In this document: piece by piece, positions 51,701-64,000 of the stretch
How the letters are laid out: every line of letters begins with the position of its first letter
Position numbering within the stretch: position 1 is the first letter of the stretch
NCBI GenBank assembly: GCA_050273025.1
Contig: CP158635.1
Coordinates: forward strand, 2,604,001 to 2,668,000
DNA length: 64,000 nucleotides
Reading direction: 5' to 3'
Source: Cenococcum geophilum
Taxonomy: Eukaryota
Position numbers and translations under genes: made by a program
The notes under the pieces: model-generated
What the model was told of the DNA's origin: nothing
The model's input: only the letters and a program-made list of their open reading frames with translations
Databases searched by the model: none

Positions 51701-53561
51701 ATTATATCCGCACTCTAAAAATAATTAGTAGGGATATAGAAGTCTTTTATAGACGCCCTTAAATAAAACTAAGCTACTTTAAATTAACGGCAAGCCGAAT
51801 AAAAAGCACGATACTAGCAATTAATTAAGGACCTCTAAGAAGAAGTCCGCGCCCTTAAGATGCCTACGCTAGGACCTTAAGACCAAACGCTATCTTTAGA
51901 GATGAATACGTGGAATGCGAGCCCCGAACCCGTAGTAGCTACTTACCCTAAGCCGACTACTATACCAAAACGATCCGAACGACTACTAAACCCCCTAATA
52001 TTTACTGGTAAATAATAAAAGCTCTAATTATTTTTAAGCTAGCTTAAAAATAAGCTAACTGGTAACGCTAACTATTACCTAATTAAAGCTAACCAACTCT
52101 ATTACGCCCTAAGTTAACTAGGAGGAGATATAGCTAACCTTATTAAACCGCTTTAGCCAAACTTAGTGTAAAGCCTAGTTGTACTTCTTAAAGCTATATA
52201 TAGCGACCTAAACCGCTAAGCTACTGCTTAAAGAAAGATAAACTATATAACTTAAGGAGCGAAAAGTTTCCTAGTATACTTCTCCGAATTTAACCGTTAC
52301 GTAAAGGAAATAGGCTAGAACGACTCCGCACTAATTAATAGCCTTATTAAATCCCTAAGCCCCAAACTAAAAACCTCCCTAATAGGCGTAGACCTACCGG
52401 GAGCCCTTAATACCTGCGCAAACGTTATTAATAAACGATATAATAATATACTACGCCTAACACTAAAGCCCGCTCCATAATATAATACGGTAACCCTATA
52501 AACATTTACTAAGTTATTGTCTTAGCCTAAGCACCCTAACGCTATGGATATTGACACTAGGACCCTAGGGTACGCCCTATTAGGGTCCTCTAAATAAGAA
52601 TAACGCATTAAGCTAGGCCTCTACTTTAAATGTAGAAGTAGCTCTTACCTCTTTAACTACTGCTCCATCCCTATGCCTAAACACGAATTATAAACGGCTA
52701 ATACTAGCAGCCGTTTACCGCATCAATCTTTCAGTTACTGTCCCTAATCTCCACCTAGTTCTAGCCCTATATTTAATAAGCACTATTTATAAGAACGAAG
52801 CTACAGCCGACGTCCTATAAGAACCCCACCCTAATCGCCTCTAAAAGGAAGGTCCTAGAGCTAAGTCGCTTTCTAGAACGGCTCTACCATAGGATCTTAT
52901 TAAATATATTTAACGTCATAAACTCCGACTCTTAGGACCGTAGTATAACTATTAACTGCCGTTTTTAGTAGAATAGTTAATAGGCTAATACTTAAATCCT
53001 AATTAACACAGGAGCTAGCGGCATAGGATTTATTAATAAGATCTTTATATAAGATAATGGTTTTACCCTAACCCCCCTTAACTAGTATATTAACGTATTT
53101 GGATTTAATAGCAAACGCACTATTTTAGGCCGTATTACCTACGTAGTATTCCTAAGACTCTAATACCTAAACTATAAAGAATTAATTAAACTTTTCGTTA
53201 CCACCCTAGGTTACTTAGTAATCCTTAAACAACCCTAGATAAACATCGGCAAAATATGGTACCCTTTTAATGGCCTCAATGGCTGGTGGTTGACGCAATT
53301 GGCGCGCAGTTGAGGTCATTTGGCAACTCGACCGACTAGCCTATGTCGTGTTTTTTTGACACGCAGCCTGCGCGCAGCCTGCGCGCAACCTGCGCGCAAC
53401 CTACCAGCAATCTGCGCATTTGGCAACCATAATTATATTTACCTCTTTTATACTAATAGCATATTTTAAATAAATAAAAGCTATTTTAAAGCTATTTATA
53501 AGGCTAGCAAAATAAATATTATTATTTTAGATAATTTAATATAATATAGCGATGGTTCTCT

Positions 53562-53880
53562 TCTACCTATTTACCTATTGACTTACCTACCTGCCTGCAT
53601 CGCCTACCTGTCTGCATTGCCTACCTATCTGCATTGCCTACCTGTCTACATCGCCTACCTGTTTGCATCTGCCTACCTGTCTATATCTGCCTACCCGTCA
53701 GCATCTACCTACCTGTCTGCATCTACCTACCTATCTGCATTTGCTTGCCTATCTGCATCTACTTACCTATCTGCATCTGCCTGCCTATCTATATCTACTT
53801 ACCTGTCTGCATCTACCTACCTATCTATATCTACCTACCCGTCAGCATCTACCTGTTTGTGCCTACCTGTCTGTGCTACC
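53562..53880. repeat. Minisatellite 1, ~18-bp unit (ATCTACCTACCTGTCTGC-like)
   Basis: Directly visible tandem array. Confidence 0.9.
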
Positions 53881-53924
53881 TTGATTCGATTAATCGATCG
53901 AATCGTTTATAGTGTTCGCTGGCT

Positions 53925-54457
53925 AGTCGTTGTCGTCTGGCTCTGGCGACAGTCGTCTGGTTCTGGCGATAGTCGTCTGGTTCTGGCGACGGTTGTCTGG
54001 TTCTGGTAACGGTCGTCTGGCTCTGGTAACGGTCGTCTGGTTCTAGCGACGGTCGTCTGGTTCTAGCGACGGTCATCTAGTTCTGGCGACGGTTGTCTGG
54101 CTCTGGCGACGGTCGTCTGGTTTTGGCGACATTCGTCTAACTCTGGAGACGGTTGTCTGGTTCTGGCGACGGTCGTCTGGCTCTAGTGACGGTCGTCTGG
54201 CTCTGGCGACGGTCGTCTGGTTCTGGTAACGGTTGTCTGGTTCTGGCGACGGTCGTTTGGTTCTAGCGACAGTTGTCTGGCTCTGGCGATAGTCGTCTAG
54301 CTCTGACGACGGTTGTTTGGTTCTAGCGACGGTCGTCTGGCTCTGGCGACGGTCGTCTGGTTCTGGTAACGGTCGTCTGGTTCTGGTAACGGTCGTCTGG
54401 TTCTGGCGACGGTCGTCTGGTTTTAGCGATAGTCATCTAGTTCTAGCAACGGTCCTC
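53925..54457. repeat. Minisatellite 2, 20-bp unit (GACGGTCGTCTGGTTCTGGC), about 26 copies
   Basis: Directly visible tandem array without unique spacers. Confidence 0.92.
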
Positions 54458-54584
54458 TGCTGGCTGCCGTTCTAGTGCCTCCCTAGGTAGGGAGGATGTA
54501 AGGAAGGAAGGAAGGGTAAAAAATAAGGCGGCTACATAGGCAGAGACACGTGTAGACGCTATCGGGAATATAGCGGGGACCCGA

Positions 54585-55108
54585 TGCAGAGCTTCGTGTA
54601 GAGCCTCCGTACGCAGAGCTTCGCGCAGAGCCTTGTGCAGAGCCTCTGTACGTAGAGCTTCGTATAGAGCTTCGTGTAGAGCTTCGCGCAGAGCCTCGTG
54701 CAGAGCTTCGTGTAGAGCCTCCGTACGCAGAGCTTCGCGCAGAGCCTCGTGCAGAGCTTCGTGCAGAGCTTCGTGCAGAGCTTCGTGCAGAGCCTCCGTA
54801 CGCAGAGCCTCGCGCAGAGCCTCGTGCAGAGCCTCTGTACGTAGAGCTTCGTGCAGAGCTTCGTGCAGAGCCTCCGTACGCAGAGCCTCGCGCAGAGCCT
54901 CGCGCAGAGCCTCGTGCAGAGCCTCTACGTAGAGCTTCGTGCAGAGCTTCGTGCAGAGCTTCGTGCAGAGCTTCGTGCAGAGCTTCGTGCAGAGCTTCGT
55001 GCAGAGCTTCGTGCAGAGCCTCTGTACGTAGAGCTTCGTGTAGAGCTTCGTGTAGAGCTTCGTGTAGAGCTTCGTGTAGAGCTTCGTGTAGAGCCTTATG
55101 CAGAGCCT
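54585..55108. repeat. Minisatellite 3, 12-bp unit (GCAGAGCTTCGT) with interspersed 14-bp variants (GCAGAGCCTCCGTA)
   Basis: Directly visible tandem array. Confidence 0.92.
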
Positions 55109-58100
55109 CTAAGTAATAAAACTGTGTAAAAATTTATTTGCGTAATTAGTATATAACTTTACCTTAATTGCATGTCAAGGAATATACAGTTAGCTTTTAA
55201 AGTTGTTAAATAGGTTAACTGCGTGTTAAGGAATATATAGTTAGCTATTAAGTAGGTCAACTGCGTGTTAAGGAATATATAGTTAGCTTTTAAAGTTGTT
55301 AAATAGGTCAACTGCGTGTTATTTGACTTTTGGATGTGTCAAATTGGTCAATTGCGTGTCAAGTTGGTCAATTGCGTGTCGAGTTGGTTAAATTGCATGT
55401 CAATTACGCGAAACGCGAAAACCAAAGTCTACTTGAATCTCATCCTGCGAATATTTTCCCGATGAAGCTATATAAGGTAACTATTAATTAGGATAACCTT
55501 AAGCTTCTATTTACTACCTCCCGTTATAAGCAGAAGTGCCTTATAACTCGCTGCTTAGACCAAAACTAAAATTTAAAAAATCTACCACAATCTACTAGTC
55601 TAAAATTTCTATAACTGTTTACCTTATACCTAAGGAATCTACTAGATTCCACCAACCTAGGAATTTTACTAAATTCTACCGACGTAAGATTTCTACCAAT
55701 GCCCACTTTATGCCTAAGAATTCCACTGATATTCACTAAGGATCCAAAAACTCCACTAAATTCTATAAATTATTACTAAGCACTGCACCGCCCTAAGCTA
55801 AGTAAAAGCTTAAGCTCTATATACGAAAATACCAGAAGGACTAGTATTCTACTATAAAAAGAATTTTTAAAGAACCCGAACCTAAATCTAATACTAACTC
55901 CGTATCTAATACTAAACCTAAACCTAAATAAGAAACTATGGACAATCTAAGCAAGCTTAGCACCCTAGATATCTGTATAATTAAAGCTACCCCGCTAGCG
56001 TAACTTGCTAAGAAACCTAAGTATACAATCTTTACTGTTACAATAGCCGATATTAAGAAGGCCTTAGCACTAAAGAAGTATACTAACCCTGCCACGAAGG
56101 TACTAATAGAGTATTATTATTACCTAGATGCATTCTTATAAAAGGAAGCTAATAAGCTACTAAAACACCAACTATACGACTATAAGATTATACTTAAAGA
56201 AGGAAATCAGCCTGGATTTAGACCCTTATATAGGATATCCTAAAATAAACTCTAAGTGCTATAAAAGTATTTAGATAAAAACCTAAGTAAAGGATTTATT
56301 AGAGTAAGCTTATTGCCTATAGCCGTACTAGTAATCTTCGTTAAGAAACCTAGCGGCGGTCTACGCTTCTGTGTAGACTACTAAGCTCTTAACGCCGTTA
56401 CCGTTAAGAACTAATATCCGATCCCGTTAATATAAGAGACACTAAACTAACTAAGTAAGGCTCGTTACTACATAAAGCTCAATATTATCTCTATATTTAA
56501 CTATTTCCGCATTATAAAAGGGGATAAATAGCTCACTACATTTCGTACCCAATATAGACTATTTAAGTACTTAGTAACACCCTCTAGCCTTATAAACGCT
56601 CTAAGCTCGTTTTAACATTATATAAATAACACCCTACGCCCCTACCTAGACATCTTCTATACTACTTATATTAACGACATCCTAATATATAGTAATAACC
56701 TAACCAAACATTGGAAGCACGTTAATCTTATTTTATAAGCCCTACACGGAGCTAGTTTATAATTAGATATAGATAAATACAAATTCTATAAAACGGAAGT
56801 CCTATACCTTAGACTTCTTATTTCTATAAATAGTATACAAATAGACCCAAAGAAAGTTAAAGTAATTATAAACTGGCAAGAACCTAAGAATGTTAAGGAT
56901 ATAAGAGCCTTTATAGGATTTGCTAATTTCTACCAATAGTTTATTAATAACTTCTCCGCCCTAGTTTCACCCCTTATAGCTCTAACCTAAAAGGATAAAG
57001 TTTTTATCTTTAATAAGGAATATAAGAAGGCCTTTACCTATCTAAAGGTTATATTTACTACTGCGCCTATACTCTAATACTTTAACCTAAACCGAATAAG
57101 TGTTATAAAAGCCAACTTATCTAACTACGTTACTAGAGGCATCCTGTCTTAATATAACGAGGATGGAGTATTGCACCCTATAGTATACTTCTTAAAATAA
57201 CTAAGCTTAGCCGAATATAACTATGAGATCTACGATAAGGAATTATTAGCTATTATTAGATATTTTGAATAATGGCGACCTAAACTAGAAGGCGCTGGAT
57301 TTCCGATTAAGGTCCTTAGCGACTATAAGAACCTATAGTACTTTATAACCACAAAATAGCTAAGTTATCGTTAGGCCCGCTAGTTAGAATATCTGTCTTA
57401 TTTCTAATTCTTAATTATATACCGCCTAGGCGTCTAAGGCCAAAAGCCTAATGCCCTAACCCGACGCTCGTAAAACGCGCCAGCCCTAGAAGAAGCGCGC
57501 TCTTACTAAAATCAGACCCTACTTCACCGTAAATTATTTAACCCTCCCACTAAAGATCTTACGGTATACGTCCTTAAAATAACTAATCAATTAATTAAAT
57601 AGATTATAGTCGATAAATACCTAAATAATAAGTTTATCCAAAAAACGCTTAAGTTAATATAAGATAGCATTAGACGCTCTAAAAAGATTTCTTTAAGTAA
57701 ATGTAAAGCCTACGGAAACCGCTTATATTACCAGAACTATCTAGTTGTCCCTAATTATAATAAGCTTAAGCTTAAACTCCTTAAATACGTATATAATCTA
57801 CCTATCGCCGGCCACCCGGGCTAAGGAAAGACCCTAGAACTACTCTAACGGGAGTATTATTAGCCAAACATGTATAATATAACACGAAGGTACATCTCTA
57901 GCTACTATACCTACCAACGAGCTAAAGCCTCGCATAAGACGTATAACGGTCTTTTAAAGCCACTGCCTGTTCCAAACCAAAGATAAAAGGATATCTTAAT
58001 TAACTTTATTATTAACCTTCCTAAGAGTAGAGGCTATATAAATATTATAGTAGTTATAGACTAACTATCTAAAATAAGACACTTGATCGCCTGCCTTAAT

Positions 58101-61100
58101 ATATTAACGCCTGCCGTCGCCTAACTATTCTTAGATCACGTATAAAAACTCCACAGACTCCCTAAAACGATTATCTCCGATAAAGGTAGCTAGTTTATCT
58201 TAGCATTCTAAAAAGAACTAACTACTTAACTCCGTATTAAAGCACTATTATCTACTACGTATTACCTAGAAACGGATGGCTAAATAGAACGCGTAAATGC
58301 TATAATAGAATAGTATATTCGGATATACACGTCGTATTTATAGGATGACTGGATTAACTAACTCGCATTTGCCAAGTTTACCGCAAATAACTCCGTCTCG
58401 GAAACCACAAAAGTCTCCCCATTCCTAGCCAATTACGGCTAGCACCTATAAATGGGTTTTAAACCCTTTAGTAATATTCCTTACCCCGCTTATTACGCCT
58501 TATAAGTCGCAGAAGTAAATAAATTTATAAAGAAGATAGAGGAACTATAACAGTTCCTTACTAATAAGATAATATGGGCTTAATCTATCTATAAAGCCGC
58601 AGCGAATAAGAAATAAACCCCAGCACCGGCCTACTAAATTAGTAATTTTGTCTAGCTAGATATAAAAAATCTAAACACAAAACAACCTACTAAGAAACTT
58701 AATTGGAAAAACGCTGGCCCTTATAAGGTTAAAAAGGTTATCTCTTCTTATACCTACTAACTAAAGCTCCCTAATACGGTTAAAATCCACCCCGTATTCT
58801 ATACGTTAGTCCTCCGCCCTACTACCCCTATATTAGACGCCCTACCTAAACAAATATAAGACCCTCCCCTACCAGTTAAAGTAGATGGTAAAAACGAGTA
58901 CTTTATTAAAAGAATTAATAATATTAAGTACGATAAACGGAAACGCTAATATATATATCTTATAAAATAGAGAGGCTTTACTAAGTCCTTATAGGAACCC
59001 GTTAACTCTATAGGACTTATATAAGCCGTAGAAGACTTTTATAAACTCTATCTAGAACTACTACAGCCCTATCTCGCAGAAGCTTAAGTTTAAAGGGGGG
59101 GTACTATTACGGGATGCCCCCGTAATACCTTGCACATATCTACCTATTTCCACTAACTTAGCAATTAGAGGCTAACCGTAAAATAGTAATTTAACGGCAA
59201 TCTAATGGCAATCTAACGGCAATCTACGGCATTCTGCCATATTCTGCCATATTCTACCAAGTTCTACTAAATTCTGCTAAGTTCTGCTAGGACTATAACC
59301 TAAACCCTATTCTACCTATGCACGTATTAACTAAGCAACTAAGTCAACAATATATGCCCCTTCTTCCCGTTTTCCTACCTTCTTTCCTTACGCAACGTCT
59401 TGACCTCCTTACACAGTTTATATATATAGCTTAATAATATCTACCTTGCTATATATTATCGTCGCTTATACTTACTCCGTAGTATAACACCACCTAAGTC
59501 TCTACGCCCCCGGCAACTTTACCTACTTAATACTTAATAGAGAGTTAGTGCTAAGCAGCTTTACCTAATAGGAACCCCTACTAAAGTAGCAATAATAAAA
59601 GCTATAATAATCGGACCTAAACTACCACTATAGGGTCTAATATACGCTACCTTAATTCCGTAGTCTTTTAGGGAGACTATAAGGAATACAGCTATTAGAA
59701 GATATAAATCCGCGAGAAACTAACTTAAAGCGCCTGCCTTTTTCCTATAGAAGACACTAAGATTAGCTATATTATTAGGCAAATAAAGGGTATACTATTT
59801 AACAGACTCTTCGCCTAATAGGAGACTAGTAGCCCCTAAAAGTGGTAGTCTTACTGAGAAGTCCTTAATAATCTTAACCTAATATACCGCGACTATAACC
59901 TACTAGCCACCAACTAAGCTAAACTATATACCCTAAAGATAAGCCCTACTAAATTATGTAATAAGTTCTATATTAAATTCTAGAAATATACCAAAGCCCT
60001 CGCCTAAGATAATACTAAAAACTAAAAGGATCTCCTTAAAAAAGTTACTTATTGCCTTAGTTACGCAGCCGCTAGCTATAACGATAATAATATTTATAAA
60101 ATAGTAACAGCCCTATAAAAGATTAAACAATAACTAAATTAGATTGCTACTACTAACCTTTACCCGAAGACCTCTTTATAGAAGCCCTCTGGGCCTATTA
60201 AACCTATATATACTAAGCCACTAACGCCTACTACCTTATATACCACTAGAGCTAATATTAACCTCTCTATACTAACCTTTCCGTAAAAACTCCTAAACAG
60301 AGAGCGCGAGCTACTCTAGAAACTAGGACGCTATTATAGATGCCGTTAAAAAGGCTATTATTGCGATAACCCAAACTACCTAATAGCTAGGTTTAGTACT
60401 TGCCGCCTAATACCTAACCTAATGCCCTAAACACCAAATATGTTACTACGCGCCACTACTATATAAGACGAAAATATAGTAATAGCAGTAGAATTGGATA
60501 CGAAAGCGGAAAACACTAAGTCCCTACCCTAAGTCGTGGGTTAGGATACCCTAATAATAGAGGGATTTATATATCAGCCTGCTTAATAGATAACTTAATA
60601 AAGATATATAAACGGAAATAGATAGTTTTACCTATAATAGGAACTACTGCTAAAAAATAATATAAAAGCCGTTCTATAATTAACTGCGAAGCTACTAATA
60701 AATTTATAAATACCTAATTCGTACGTACTTATAGCCTACCTACCTTACCCCTTACTAGAGCCCACGCCCTATAACTTACTAATAATAGTTCTACTATATA
60801 GAAGATTACCTATATAGTATAACTCTACTTAAATATAAACGGGCACTAGGAAGAGCTCTAGGCCTATATTATACCACTTACTAACTACCCTATTATCCTT
60901 AGAATAAGCTAGCTTAAATAACACAACCTCACTATTAACTAGGAAAAGAGAAAAGCAACCTTTAACTCTAAATACTGTAAAGAGACTTACCTAGGACATA
61001 GCCTAGCCGCCTCTATTTGCTCACCAGGATATTAACCTAAGAAACCCTTTATTACCCCACCTATAACTAACTACTACTATATAAGTGCCGCGGCCTTCTA

Positions 61101-64000
61101 CCATATAGTATATAGAAAAGGCTAGACTATTACTATAGCCTCCTAATTATAACTATATAAGCTTAATAAAGAATAACACCACATCCTCTATAGTAATAGG
61201 ATAGACATAGTTAACCTTTTAGAAGATAACACCCCTGCGGAACTCTACAGACTTTTGCCTTTAGACTTTAAGAAGTTTATAAAGCTTAAAAAAGGACTTA
61301 CTAATAAGGAACTCTATAAGCTCCTCCCTAAAAGGTACTATAACTTTATTAATATATGCTTATAAAAGAGCGTAGATATACTCCCCCTATATTAACCTAA
61401 TAACTATACTATTAATATTAAATAAGGAAAAATGCTATCTTATAAGAGACCCTATCTAATATTTAAAGATAAACTTCTAGTTATACAAAAGTATATTAAC
61501 AAATACCTTAATAAAGGATTTATCCGCCTTAACGTGTCCCTAGCAGCCGCCCCTATTCTTCTTATTAAGAAGCTAAAAGGAGGTATCTAATTCTATGTTA
61601 ATTATAGAGGACTTAAAGCTATTACAATTAAAAACTAATACCCTATACTACTTATATATAAGACTTTAGAGCAGCTTAGTTAAGCTAAAATCTATACTAA
61701 GCTTAATATTATTACTGCCTTTAACTATTTCTAAATACGGGAAGGTAATAAATGGAAAACCGCATTCGCATTACGCTTTAGCCAATTTAAATATACCGTT
61801 ATGCCCTTTAGCGTATATAACGGCCTAGGCACCTTTTAAAGCTATATTAATAACGCCTTATAAGACTACCTTAATGACTTCTGCTCTACATACCTGGATA
61901 ATATACTTATCTACAGCAATAACCCTTCTAAGTATACTAAGCACATTTAAAAAGTCCTAAAGCGCCCTAGGGACGTAGGACTTTATATTAATTTAAAGAA
62001 GTATAAATTCTTAATTATAGAAGTAAAATACTTTAAACTAATTATTACTATTAAGGGTGTCTATATAGACCCTAAGAAAGTACGTATAATTACTAAATAG
62101 TAAGCCCCTAACTGCATTAAGGATATATAAGCCTTCCTTAGTTTCGCTAACTTCTATCGGAAATTTATATATAACTTCTTAGGCGTAGTAGCACTACTTA
62201 TAGTAATAATACAAACGAAGGGCCTTTCTATAAAAGGAAGAAAAACGCACCTACGTTTTACCTAGACGCCTAAATATAAGAAGGCGTTCTAAGACCTTAA
62301 AAACGCTTTCACTAAAGCACCTATCCTAGCTCACTTTATACTAGGATAATAACTCTACCTTAAAACTAACTCCTTAGACCACATTAATGTAGGTATCCTC
62401 TCCTAAATAGGTAATAACGGCCTCCTCTACCTAGTCACATTCTACTCGTCTAAGCTTATACTATAAGAGTATAACTGTAAGATCTATAATAAGGAACTTC
62501 TCACAATTATATAAGCGTTTAAGGAATTCTAACTAGAACTCTCCTTAGCAGAACTTAATTAGCTAACTAAAGTCCTTATAGACCATCGAAATCTTAAATA
62601 CTTTATAATTATAAAGCAGCTAAACTAATATTAAGTATACTAGAACGAGTTCCTCTTTAGTTTTAACTTTAAAATTGTATATAGACTAGGAGTATAAGGT
62701 ACTAAACCTAATAGCCTAATACGCCGCTTATAAGACCTTCCTTAGTCTAAAAATAACCCTTATAATTAGTTCCAATAATAGACGATTCTAAAAGCACGAA
62801 ATTTAGCCCTAGGCATATTACCTACATTAGAGCTAACTATACCTCAGCTTTATACCACAGAACTAAAGTTACCTCCTAAAATTAACAAGCTTATTACTAC
62901 GGCATATAACACCTCTATTAACCTATTACTATATTAACTTATTACTATAAAGACCGCTAGCGCCCATATACTGCCTATTAACCTCTAAAGCTTAGGCTAG
63001 ATTAATATAGCAGCCTTAGAAGTAAAAGAGAACAGGCTCTATTATAGAGGCCGCCTATTTATCCCTAACTTAGAAAATCTATAACGGCAACTAATCTAAA
63101 TGGCCTATAACCTCTAATTAAGCAGCTACCTAGGTAGAGGAAAAACCTACAAGCTTCTTAGCCGATACTACTTCTAGCTAAAAATAATAGACTTAGTTAA
63201 ACGCTTTATAGGCGCCTACCACAGTTATAAGCGCGTTATGGCCTTTAATATAAAGTACTAAGGACTACTATATCCTCTACTAGTACCTATACAACGATAG
63301 GCAGATATCGCTATAGATTTCATTATTAACCTACCACCCTATAAACGACACGGCCGTACCTATAAGAACATCCTTATAATAATATACTAACTTATAAAAG
63401 AGCGCCACTATATCCTAACCAAAGGCGTAGCTGTTAGTGACATTACTAACGCCTTCCTTCGCGAAGTTTACTAACTATATAGGTTACCTAACTTAATTAC
63501 ATCCAACTAAGGCATATAATTTAACTCTAATGTATAGAGATAAATCTACCAACGCCTTAGCATCTCTATTAAGATATCTATATCCTTTTACTATAAAACT
63601 GCTAGGCAACCGGAAAACGCTAATGGTAGTATAAAAGCGTACCTACGATAGGTAGTTACCTATAGTCAAAATAACTAGGTAGATTACCTCCTACTAGGTA
63701 AATTCGCAGCAAATAACTACACCTTAACCACTATAGGACTTACCCTATTCTTTGCGAATAAGGGTTATTACCCCCAATCTAGTATAGAGCCACTAAAACC
63801 TATTAATAAGAACCTACTATATAGAAAACGCCTTAAGATGCTACTTGCCGACTAGCATATAGACTATATAAAAAATCTACTTAACTACTATAAGGGAGAA
63901 ATAGCCTAGGCTTAAGCAAAGTAGGCCTACTTCGCCGACTATTATAAAACGCCACCACTAGAGATACGTATTAGCGACTAAATATAGCTAGATACACGCA

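Larger units (their letters stand above)
53244..55464. mobile_element. Non-autonomous TIR DNA element (2221 bp) built from minisatellite arrays; superfamily unassigned (CACTA/CMC-like?)
   Basis: 14-bp TIR CATCGGCAAAATAT / ATATTTTCCCGATG (1 mismatch) with 2-bp TSD AA. Removing the element restores the protease-region frame (W)MKL of E. Subterminal TTGACACGCA(ATTG) motifs occur in inverted orientation at both ends. Confidence 0.85.
51248..59484 (+). mobile_element. Ty3/Gypsy chromovirus E, RIP-mutated, interrupted by the TIR minisatellite element
   Basis: 380-bp LTRs 51248-51627 and 59105-59484, TSD TAACG/TAACA, PPT AAAGGGGGG. Gag ~51660-52860, protease LI(D)TGA ~53000, RT ~56200-56850, RNase H, integrase ~57800-58450 and chromodomain ~58890-59060. 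Confidence 0.92.
50366..64000 (+). mobile_element. Ty3/Gypsy retrotransposon D, interrupted by E and running off the right edge
   Basis: 5' LTR 50366-50558 (TGTTACGGAA...TTCCATAACA). Gag 50750-51247 resumes at 59490, followed by protease ~60680, RT YLD(N)IL ~61893, RNase H ~62360-62650 and integrase ~63100-63800. Confidence 0.88.

Noticed and set aside
53578..55129. ORFs with repetitive peptides (SASTYL, RASCRAS, AELR) and a CRISPR-like look of the 20-bp array
   Set aside because: These are translation artefacts of minisatellites inside a TIR element. There are no unique spacers or cas genes, and the context is eukaryotic.

Overview
Eukaryotic (filamentous ascomycete) genomic DNA with spliceosomal introns and strong RIP-type (CpA>TpA / TpG>TpA) mutation of repeats. 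There are three blocks. (1) 1-~4800: a RIP-destroyed Helitron (Rep HUH plus PIF1 helicase, minus strand, runs off the left edge). (2) ~4800-16135: a GC-balanced gene island with three intact, intron-containing minus-strand genes (sulfotransferase-4-like P-loop protein, StcS/VerA-like cytochrome P450, fungal AAA+ ATPase), a HET-domain pseudogene and a truncated gene fragment. (3) 16136-64000: an AT-rich block that opens with a RIP-mutated DUF3435 tyrosine recombinase, the Starship 'captain' family, suggesting the left end of a Starship-like element. A five-level nest of transposons has inserted into it: six Ty3/Gypsy elements, an internally deleted Ty1/Copia element, a pogo/Fot1 element, two solo LTRs and a 2.2-kb non-coding TIR element made of minisatellites. 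Most nested insertions can be bounded by matching LTR/TIR pairs and target-site duplications. Two unrelated Gypsy elements each carry an intron-containing antisense gene with a six-cysteine (Zn2Cys6-like) cluster. All family calls come from manual motif recognition and manual de-RIPing, not from database searches.
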